Origin: an uncultured Deferribacteres bacterium
GTDB lineage: Bacteria; Zhuqueibacterota; Zhuqueibacteria; Zhuqueibacterales; Geothermadaptataceae
Length of the DNA: 15,122 bases
Direction: 5' to 3'
Assembly (NCBI GenBank): GCA_964014485.1
Contig: CAXHAT010000190.1
Span: forward strand, 1 to 15,122
Below, piece after piece: positions 8,249-15,122 of this stretch. Position 1 is the first letter of the stretch; the number at the start of each line of letters is the position of its first letter. Below the pieces are notes generated by a model that did no database searches, was not told the origin of the DNA, and worked only from the letters and a program-made list of their open reading frames with translations. Both the position numbers and the translations under genes were made by a program.

Positions 8249-8438
8249 CCTGACACTTTTTATGTAGGCTTCTAAAGCTGGCGAAAAAAGCCGGAATTGT
8301 CATGCTGTAAGCATCTTTTTTGATCCAACCCTTGAACTTTTGGGCATGATCTGCACTTGACGATAACAAAGATTCCTTCAGAATGACAAGACGGGACTTT
8401 TCGGCGGCTCGAAAATGCAGCTCACAAAAAGTGTCAGG
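8249..8438. mobile_element. MITE-like element (~190 bp) with 13-14-bp perfect terminal inverted repeats, an internal REP-like doublet and long flanking direct repeats
   Basis: ACCTGACACTTTTT (8248-8261) is the exact reverse complement of 8426-8439. The inner pair 8297-8318 / 8368-8389 is an 18/22 inverted match. The flanks AGATAAAATATTCACT (8232-8247) and AGATAAAATAATCACT (8444-8459) are 15/16 identical. Confidence 0.75.
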
Positions 8439-8595
8439 TCGAGAGATAAAATAATCACTTGCGCCCAAATTGGCGAAACTTCTGTTGAAATTTTACTTTT
8501 TAATACTTTATTGAATTCTCATCGAATGTAAAGCGAGAAAACGTGTCTCATTTTACAAGGCGTTCAGTAATTGTGACCAAAACAGGAGAGTTAAA

Positions 8596-8886
8596 ATGAA
8601 CGACGTGTGCATCCCGATCCCCAGAATGCTTCCGGAGCAAGCGGCGGAAGTAGAAGTTAAAGTGAACGGCAAGAGCAAGCGATACAATTATCGCGTTGAG
8701 TCTTTTCAGTGGGGCGCGGCTTCCAGCGAAGAAATCGCGAACGACAGCTACGGCGCTTCCGGCGACAGAATCAACTCACTAAAAAATCAGATCGAAGGTT
8801 ATGACAACAGTTGGGAACTGGTTCAGATTTACAATCCTCGCATGACTGACGAGCGCATCCATGTGCTGTTTCGCCAGCGCGCATAA
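8596..8886 (+). CDS. Small hypothetical protein (96 aa)
   Basis: A strong AGGAGAG RBS lies just upstream of the ATG. The ORF fills an otherwise empty gap, has a globular alpha/beta-like residue pattern and converges on the GT9-like gene with a 19-bp gap. No family recognised. Confidence 0.8.
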   Translation: MNDVCIPIPRMLPEQAAEVEVKVNGKSKRYNYRVESFQWGAASSEEIANDSYGASGDRINSLKNQIEGYDNSWELVQIYNPRMTDERIHVLFRQRA

Positions 8887-8905
8887 CTCAACAATTTTAA
8901 CCGGC

Positions 8906-9997
8906 TCATCCCGCTGTTAGGCGTTTTAATTCAGCAACGACGCGATTGACGATATCTTCGGGCGGAAGGGACAAATTCTCGGAGAGTCCAATCGGTTGCA
9001 AGCTGGGGTAAAGTTCTTTGTGATGATTCGGCCAAAAATCACCCCAACCGTAAAGCACGCCGGTAAAGATCGTAATCGTCGGTCGATCAATCGCCCCGGC
9101 TGCGTGTGCGATCCCGGTGTTTGTCGTCACGACTGCGTCCATGCATGAAAGGGCGCCGAACAAATCCAGAATATTTTCTTCATGCGGCCATAAATTCACC
9201 GGTCCTCCCGGGTAAATTTCCCCGTCATTTTTCTCTCCGTAAATGCTGCAATAATAATCTGCATTTGGAAATTGCTCCACTATTGTCTTAAACCATTCAA
9301 TCGGCAAAATCCGTTTGGAGTCGAATGCGTGCCAATGCAGAAAGACGCGCGGCTTGTTTCCCTTAAAGCGCTCTATCCATCGCTCGGTAACGCCTGGCGG
9401 CAGATTGATCTTTGCTCGAAGATCGATCTCACTCCAGTCTGACACGCAGGCTATGGTCTTCAATCTTTCAAGCTTGATGCCGGCTTCCATAAAATAATCA
9501 TATTTTGAGAGCGTTTCTAACGTCGGCGCTTCCGGCAAAAATTCATCGAGATAATCTTGTTTGTAAAATAAATGTCTGAACTCGTTGCTGCCTGAAATAT
9601 GGATTTTCCCGGGTAATCCTTCCGCTTTCAATTTTTCAGAAAATGCGCGTAAAATGGGTTGAAACAAAATAATATCACTGAGCCCGCGTTCCAGATTGGC
9701 GGTCAAAAAGACAATATTATCAGAAGGAGGTTTTCTGAGCGAATAGATGCGTTTAGGCGCTTCCGGATGTTCGCTTACGTCTAACGCCGAAAGCTTGCAC
9801 GATTTTAACGCCATGTCGGACTTGCGACGTTCCTGTAGCTGCTTCGCAAAATGCCAATTAATAACAGGCATATTTTGACCAGCCCGGTTATGATGAGAAA
9901 CGTCAATTTCCTGGGTCATGTAAGAATTGAGTCGAGAAAAGGAGAAAGAATTCGGAGAGTCGAAGTGTTCAGAGGCGGTCACTTTCAGCAGATACAT
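8906..9997 (-). CDS. Glycosyltransferase family 9 (heptosyltransferase-like GT-B) protein with an N-terminal extension
   Basis: GLSDIILFQPILRAF matches the G.GD.....P motif. MDAVVTTNTGIAHAAGAIDRPTITIF matches the GT9 D.VV..D(S/T)G..H.A.A...P....F signature. The exact start is uncertain. Confidence 0.78.
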   Translation of the reverse strand: MYLLKVTASEHFDSPNSFSFSRLNSYMTQEIDVSHHNRAGQNMPVINWHFAKQLQERRKSDMALKSCKLSALDVSEHPEAPKRIYSLRKPPSDNIVFLTANLERGLSDIILFQPILRAFSEKLKAEGLPGKIHISGSNEFRHLFYKQDYLDEFLPEAPTLETLSKYDYFMEAGIKLERLKTIACVSDWSEIDLRAKINLPPGVTERWIERFKGNKPRVFLHWHAFDSKRILPIEWFKTIVEQFPNADYYCSIYGEKNDGEIYPGGPVNLWPHEENILDLFGALSCMDAVVTTNTGIAHAAGAIDRPTITIFTGVLYGWGDFWPNHHKELYPSLQPIGLSENLSLPPEDIVNRVVAELKRLTAG

Positions 9998-10054
9998 AAC
10001 GTTTCTCGCATTAATCGATAGGTTCGGAGCATGCCGGGGTGATTTTGATGCGCG

Positions 10055-10083
10055 AGTATAGATAAGGCGGCATAGAAATTCAA
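10055..10083 (-). promoter_or_regulatory. Sigma70-type promoter for the GT9-like gene
   Basis: The minus strand has TTGAAT (10083-10078), a 17-nt spacer and TATACT (10060-10055), about 57 nt upstream of the ATG at 9997. Confidence 0.6.
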
Positions 10084-10265
10084 GAAAAAATATCCGGAAA
10101 CCCTTGTTTTATCTCAATATTGCCGACATGTAATATTTCGTGCTCCCATGTGTTCGGCTTTATGATTTTTTAACATTAGAGCATGCGGTTTTGCGAAACG
10201 CTTTCATTAATTTAGCCTAAAATTAACTTCTAACTTGATTCTTTTCAGATGCAGAACAAAATGCG

Positions 10266-11282
10266 TTACTTCCTTTCGACGCCCAAGCCTTTTTTGGCCG
10301 GCGGCGCTATCCTCCCTTTAGCCATAAAAGCGCCCTTGAAAGGATCGTTTTTGATCAACAGATTTCCGTCCAGATCAAGCCAATCGACTAGCGGAGCAAG
10401 CTGTGCGGCGGCTGTTATTCCAAGCGAACTTTCAACCATGCATCCCAGCATAATTTTCAGATCGAACAGCCTTGCCGTTTCAATCATATGTTTCGCTTCC
10501 AAAATTCCCCCGGCTTTCATCAGCTTAATATTTATCCCGTCATAACATTCCGCAAGCTTCGGAATATCTCGCGCCGTTAAAACGTCTTCGTCAGCAACAA
10601 TCGGCAACGGTGATCGCCGCTTAAGCCATCCGACCTCGTCAAATTTTCCAGCAGGCAGCGGCTGTTCCACAAATTCGACGTTCTTTGCCGCGAGCCATTC
10701 GATCATTTCCAGCGCTTCACTCCCTGTCTCCCAACCTTCATTCGCATCAACTCGGATTGTGCGATCCGTCACTTCTCGAATCGCGCGCACTGTTTCTTTG
10801 TCGTTTGCACCGCCCAGTTTGATTTTTAGAATCGGGTAGTCGGACGCCGCCTGAACGAGTTCTTGCACTTTTTCCGGCGAATCGATGCCAATCGAATAGC
10901 TGGACAAGGCTTTCGTTTTTGGCGACAAGCCTAAAAGTTGATAAACCGGGACGCGGAGTTTTTTCCCAACCCAGTCTAACAAAGCCATGTTCAAAGCCGC
11001 CTTTGCTGCGTTTTGACCATCTGCGAGTCGGTGAATTTTACGATTAATTTCATAAAACTCCATGGGGTCGGCTTTTGCAAAAACACTTTGCGCTTCGCTC
11101 AGAAAAGCGCGTATGCTTTCCAAATCTTCGCCGTACCTGGTGTTATGCGCCGCCTCGCCATAACCAGTAATTTCCTGATCTTCCAGAGCGACGAACCAGT
11201 ACTCTTTCTCGTTTGTCGCCCCGCGAGAGATGCGCCAAGTGTGGCGCAATTGCATTTTTTTACGTTCAAATGTTAGCTGCAT
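10266..11282 (-). CDS. Dipeptide epimerase (L-Ala-D/L-Glu epimerase, enolase superfamily MLE subgroup; YcjG/YkfB-like)
   Basis: KIK catalytic motif, metal ligands in DANEG, EQP and DED, second lysine in NIKLMK, GCMVES, and the DLDG (DxD) dipeptide-epimerase signature. Confidence 0.92.
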   Translation of the reverse strand: MQLTFERKKMQLRHTWRISRGATNEKEYWFVALEDQEITGYGEAAHNTRYGEDLESIRAFLSEAQSVFAKADPMEFYEINRKIHRLADGQNAAKAALNMALLDWVGKKLRVPVYQLLGLSPKTKALSSYSIGIDSPEKVQELVQAASDYPILKIKLGGANDKETVRAIREVTDRTIRVDANEGWETGSEALEMIEWLAAKNVEFVEQPLPAGKFDEVGWLKRRSPLPIVADEDVLTARDIPKLAECYDGINIKLMKAGGILEAKHMIETARLFDLKIMLGCMVESSLGITAAAQLAPLVDWLDLDGNLLIKNDPFKGAFMAKGRIAPPAKKGLGVERK

Positions 11283-11286
11283 CGGT

Positions 11287-13278
11287 TTAACTCGTCGCTT
11301 CGCCTTTAAGATATTTTTCGTACCATTTTACCATCCGGCGGCAAAAATCAATCTGGTGCGCGCGTTCACGCAGACCATGCGGCTCGCGCGGATAAATAAT
11401 CAATTCCGTCGGCACTTTCATGTGCTTCAAGCCGCGATAAAGCTCATAAGCCTGACCGGTCGGGACGCGTAAGTCACGCTCGCCGTGGCCGATCAATGTC
11501 GGCGTTTTAGCGTTGCGAATGTACTTGATTGGCGAACGATCCCAAACCAGGTCCATGTCGTCATAAAGCCAGACGTTCCAATGCACGCCCGCGTTTTCCA
11601 CCGGCGTGTCCGTCATCCCGGCCTTGGAAATTTGATTCGCGATACCAGCAAAAACAACAGAGGCTTTAAAACGATCGCTGTGTTTTGTCGCGGCCCACGC
11701 CGAAGTGTATCCGCCGTATGAACCCCCGCCAATGCCGACACGGTCGCCGTCTACAAAACCCTGATCAATGAGAAAATCGATTCCGGCGAGATTGTCTTCC
11801 ATTTCTTCGCCCATCAAATCGTTGTGGTCGCCCTTCGTGTATGCGACGCCGCGCCCGGTGCTGCCGCGATAATTTGGCATCAGTACGACAAAGCCGCGTT
11901 GAGCGAGCATTTGCACCGGCTGACTATAGCGGGTATTCCAGCCGTCCAGCATGGCTGATTCCGGGCCGCCGTGAACCTGCACCTGGAGCGGATATTTCTT
12001 GTTGGGGTCGAAATCGACCGGCTTCACGAGCACGCCGGTGATTTCAAGACCGTCACGTCCTTTCCACGCAATCGATTCCTGCTCGCCGAATTTCATGTCC
12101 GCAAGTTCGGGATTGGAATCTGTAAGCCGGGAAAATGACTTTTTCTTATTTGTCAGCGCAAACACTTCGTTCGGGTGGGTTGACGTGCTGCCCAACGTTG
12201 CAACGACGCCGCCGCCTTTTGAAACGGACAAACCACGAAAAACCGGATCATTGCCGCCGGCGATTTTCTTGAATTTTCCTGAAGTAATATCAACTTCATA
12301 TAAAAAAGTGCGCGTTCTTTCGAGCGTGCTGAGATAAATCGTCTTGGCGTCTTTCCAGGCAAATCTATCAGCAGTACCGGGAAAATCCGGCATGAGGTTC
12401 TTCGGCGCGGTTGTGTTGACTGGTTTAACAAACAGCGTCCCCGTCGCCGGATCATTGAAACTGGTGGCGCCCAGCCAGGCAATGTTTTGACCGTCCGGCG
12501 AAAAAGCGGGGTTGCCGAGCTTGCCTTCCGTATCATAAACAAGCTCGCCTGCGCCGCCTTCCATAGAAACGACGTAGTTATCCGTGTACATGTAGCTGTC
12601 GTCTGTAAAAGGACGCTCGCTGGCGCGATAGAGAATTTTCTTCCCGTCCGGCGACCAGGAAAACGCCCACACATTCACGTCGTCCTTTGTGATCACATGA
12701 CTTTCGCCCGTTTCTAAATTTTCAACGTGAACGCGCGTGATCGTTGTCCAGGTATCGATCACCATTTGGTCAAAGCCCTTTTTCTTGGCGTCCTTGACTT
12801 CTTTCGACTCTTCGTCACGCATTCGGTACGCCACCCATTTCCCGTCGGGCGACAACGCATAGCTCGAGACGCTCCTTGGCGCATGACTCAATTGCCGCGC
12901 TTCTCCGCCGTTGAGCGGCACGGCGTAAACCTGAGTATTGTTATCAAAACTCGTCCGCTTGCTCAAAAAAGTAATGTGTTCTCCGTCGGGCGTCCAGCCG
13001 GGCGATGAAGCGGAGAGCGGTTTGCTGGTGTATTGACGCGGCGCGCTGCCGTCCGTCGAAACGACCCAAATTTCCGTGCAGCTCCCGCCCTTATCTTCGT
13101 CCGCGCCCCGCATCATGCGCAGCGTGTAAGCGACAAATTTTCCCTGCGGCTGCACCGCAACACTGGTCGGGGATTTCAATTCCACCACCATTTCAGGGAT
13201 CAGAATCTGAGCTTGTGTAAAAGAAGATAGAAAAATCAGAGCGATGGCGGTCAGCGAGATTCGTTTGAGCAAACGCAT
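11287..13278 (-). CDS. Secreted S9 family serine peptidase (dipeptidyl aminopeptidase/acylaminoacyl peptidase-like)
   Basis: Signal peptide; beta-propeller with PD40/TolB-like repeats (WTPDG, LSPDG, WSPDG, FSPDG); VHGGP; NYRGSTGRG; nucleophile GGSYGG; Asp in ERDLRV; His in EPHG; AAGGGAGA RBS. Confidence 0.93.
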   Translation of the reverse strand: MRLLKRISLTAIALIFLSSFTQAQILIPEMVVELKSPTSVAVQPQGKFVAYTLRMMRGADEDKGGSCTEIWVVSTDGSAPRQYTSKPLSASSPGWTPDGEHITFLSKRTSFDNNTQVYAVPLNGGEARQLSHAPRSVSSYALSPDGKWVAYRMRDEESKEVKDAKKKGFDQMVIDTWTTITRVHVENLETGESHVITKDDVNVWAFSWSPDGKKILYRASERPFTDDSYMYTDNYVVSMEGGAGELVYDTEGKLGNPAFSPDGQNIAWLGATSFNDPATGTLFVKPVNTTAPKNLMPDFPGTADRFAWKDAKTIYLSTLERTRTFLYEVDITSGKFKKIAGGNDPVFRGLSVSKGGGVVATLGSTSTHPNEVFALTNKKKSFSRLTDSNPELADMKFGEQESIAWKGRDGLEITGVLVKPVDFDPNKKYPLQVQVHGGPESAMLDGWNTRYSQPVQMLAQRGFVVLMPNYRGSTGRGVAYTKGDHNDLMGEEMEDNLAGIDFLIDQGFVDGDRVGIGGGSYGGYTSAWAATKHSDRFKASVVFAGIANQISKAGMTDTPVENAGVHWNVWLYDDMDLVWDRSPIKYIRNAKTPTLIGHGERDLRVPTGQAYELYRGLKHMKVPTELIIYPREPHGLRERAHQIDFCRRMVKWYEKYLKGEATS

Positions 13279-13352
13279 GGCTTATTCTCCCTTTTCAAAA
13301 AATTTTGATTCTACCCGGAAGGCTTCGCGACGGTGAAGTGAATGACGACGTC

Positions 13353-13381
13353 AAAATAAAACTCACACGGATTGCGGGCAA
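13353..13381 (-). promoter_or_regulatory. Putative sigma70-type promoter for the peptidase-epimerase operon
   Basis: The minus strand has TTGCCC (13381-13376), a 17-nt spacer and TATTTT (13358-13353). Confidence 0.4.
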
Positions 13382-13457
13382 GCGCATTCCAGCAAAATCC
13401 GGTTTTACGAGTTGGGATGCTTTTTTTTGGCGTATCTTAAGCGCGCATCTATATTTA

Positions 13458-15122
13458 GTGTCCATCCGGAAACCCTCTATTGGCGTTTCTGGGTCCCGTC
13501 ATGCATTAACCGGATGACGCCTTATCATCATTTTGTTGTGCTTATTCTTGTTTTTCACGTCATTATTGGCATCAAACGGCGCTTTGGCCGTTTCATTGGC
13601 TTCGTAACTTGAAACAGAGCGTACGTCTGCCTTGCTCGTCGTGCTTGTTGCTTTTTCAGTTCATGTTTTTAACGACAAAACGTGCGATCACACGCAAGTT
13701 GAAAACGATGACGTTCCACAAGACGAATTTTTGGAAGGCTTGCCAGCCCTTCCATGTGCAAGTTCCTGCGTTGAGTCCACGTTTAAAATTCGAGATAGCC
13801 GCTTCAACGCCGGCGCGCCATTTTTTGAGCATGGTCTCCATTTTCTTGCTGGAGGCGACGTTTTTAAGCGCGCCCCTGACTTTGTTGAAAACGACGTTTT
13901 TGACGCCCTTTGCCAAGGCGTAGTCTCTGTTTTTCAGGCTGGCAAAGCCGCCGTCCGAGGCGATGGAGTCGGGGACGATGCTCAGGTTTTCTTGAAGATT
14001 ATCGATGGTTTTCGGGTAAAGTTCAACGTCGGCAGGGTTGCCGCGTTCGATGATGCAGTCAAAAATAAGCTGGCTTTCCCCCACGGTCAAGTTGACCTTG
14101 TGACCGAAGAACGGCTTCTTGCCGCCTTTGCAAATACAGTCGGTGTGGTCTTCAAAAATTGAAAAGAGCTTTTCGGCGACCGGCACTTGTTCTTCGTCTA
14201 TCTCGCATCGGCGAGCGACGTCGCCGACTTGCTGCATTTTGGGCAAAAGCGTTTGGAGTTTTCGCAAGAGCCTTTGACGCTTCCTTTCTTCAATCTCGTC
14301 GCTCATGATGCAGTCTGAAAGCGCGGCGGCGGCTTCGACGACTTGATTCTCGCAGGCCTTGTGCGCTTTAAGCAGTCTCTTGAACAGCGGCCTGCGCTTC
14401 TGTTTGGCGTTTTTGCCGTTGGTGTTGACAATCTTGAAAAACAGTTTCTTCCCGGCTTTGCGATAGCTGCGAAAGCGGATTTCATGAAGCAGGGCTTTGG
14501 CTTGCAGAAGCAGGCGGCACGAGACGCGAACGCCGTCCCATAACAGCGAAGCGTTGGTCGGATAGTGGATGTTGGTTTTGATGACCGTAGAATCGGGACG
14601 TACCTTCTTGCCTGAGTCAACGTCCAGATCAAGAGCAAAAAGCGTCAGCGCCCGGTCAAAGGCGGCGAGCGCTTCAGGCGTGATTTTCGAGATGTTTTCC
14701 TGCAGCGTTTGCGGCGAAAATTGTTTTCTGAGACCCATTTTCATAAAGGTGCGGCCGAGTTTTGAATCGGCTGCGGCCCGGCTCAATTCGGCGTAAGTCA
14801 GGCGGTTGTGCTGCTTGTAGATCGTGCAGCGAACCACTTGCTCAAGCGTCATGCCGTCGCGGCCGACAACGCCGGTCGTTTCCGCTTTGGCGTTGGCAAA
14901 GCAAGGCTGAAATAAAAGGATCAAATCTTCACGATTTTCCAAAATGTGGTGCATAATAAAAAGCGCCGGATCTACGTCCCAATTGGCGTTGTCAAAATCG
15001 AAATTTAACTGCTTTTTGAAAAGTTTCATCTTTTGCCCTTTAAGTTTCTGTTCTTTATTTGGTTAGCACCTTTAAAGATAGAGCTTGAAGGGCAATTATT
15101 ACAGCTTTTTCTGACGTTTGGA
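13458..15122 (-). mobile_element. Insertion sequence (ISNCY/IS5-like DDE element); the upstream end lies outside the window
   Basis: Contains a full-length transposase. The candidate downstream end TA|GTGTCCATCCGGAAACCC (13456-13475) resembles ends I recall for this transposase type. The partner IR is not visible, so the boundary is provisional. Confidence 0.7.
13656..15029 (-). CDS. DDE transposase, ISNCY/IS5-like
   Basis: GRDGMTLEQVVR N-terminal motif, RPDSTVIKTNIHYPT (first D), KLFSIFEDHTD, FGHKV, ASDGGF (second D) and WRAGVEAAISNFKR (E). The 457-aa frame is uninterrupted. Confidence 0.92.
   Translation of the reverse strand: MKLFKKQLNFDFDNANWDVDPALFIMHHILENREDLILLFQPCFANAKAETTGVVGRDGMTLEQVVRCTIYKQHNRLTYAELSRAAADSKLGRTFMKMGLRKQFSPQTLQENISKITPEALAAFDRALTLFALDLDVDSGKKVRPDSTVIKTNIHYPTNASLLWDGVRVSCRLLLQAKALLHEIRFRSYRKAGKKLFFKIVNTNGKNAKQKRRPLFKRLLKAHKACENQVVEAAAALSDCIMSDEIEERKRQRLLRKLQTLLPKMQQVGDVARRCEIDEEQVPVAEKLFSIFEDHTDCICKGGKKPFFGHKVNLTVGESQLIFDCIIERGNPADVELYPKTIDNLQENLSIVPDSIASDGGFASLKNRDYALAKGVKNVVFNKVRGALKNVASSKKMETMLKKWRAGVEAAISNFKRGLNAGTCTWKGWQAFQKFVLWNVIVFNLRVIARFVVKNMN

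Noticed and set aside
8184..8468. 94-aa minus-strand ORF
   Set aside because: It spans the MITE-like element. Its VILKES and KDAYSMT segments are simply the REP-like arms, and it has a TTG start with no clear RBS.
10207..10226. AT-rich dyad TTAATTTAG-C-CTAAAATTAA
   Set aside because: It is low-complexity and imperfect, lacks a GC stem and U-tract, and cannot be distinguished from chance.
10092..13476. Exact 13-bp match ATCCGGAAACCCT at 10092-10104 and 13464-13476 (candidate IS end), which might suggest a composite element around the peptidase-epimerase operon
   Set aside because: About one or two exact 13-mer repeats are expected by chance in 15 kb. The copies are in direct orientation, and the 10092 copy lacks the terminal GTGTCC.
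13632..14162. 176-aa + strand ORF and other short ORFs inside the transposase
   Set aside because: They are antisense or alternate-frame shadows of the transposase, with no RBS or domain support.

Overview
This is a bacterial chromosomal window, about 50% GC by eye, with most genes on the minus strand. A C-terminal 'QNYPNPFNP' FlgD-Ig/T9SS-type sorting domain suggests an FCB-group lineage such as KSB1, Calditrichota or Ignavibacteria (inference only). From left to right it holds: a secreted 893-aa protein (7-bladed SBBP beta-propeller, cohesin-like, dockerin, cohesin-like, sorting domain); a cell-envelope glycosylation cluster (YdjM-like hydrolase, three ArnC/GtrB/DPM1-like GT2s, one GT4); a small + strand hypothetical gene; a GT9-like glycosyltransferase; an S9 peptidase plus L-Ala-D/L-Glu epimerase operon; and an apparently intact ISNCY/IS5-like DDE insertion sequence whose far end lies beyond the window. 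The main observations not explained by the ORF track are four. (1) Two unrelated MITE-like elements (6271-6546 and 8249-8438) each have their own terminal inverted repeats and flanking direct repeats, and each carries an inverted pair of GTCAT-type REP-like hairpins; one pair is a perfect 49-bp palindrome. (2) The middle GT2 has its DxD motif replaced by A-A-R, so it is a candidate pseudoenzyme or metal-independent subunit. (3) Cohesin-like and dockerin modules sit in one secreted chain with no recognisable enzyme domain. (4) An inverted repeat could sequester the transposase RBS.
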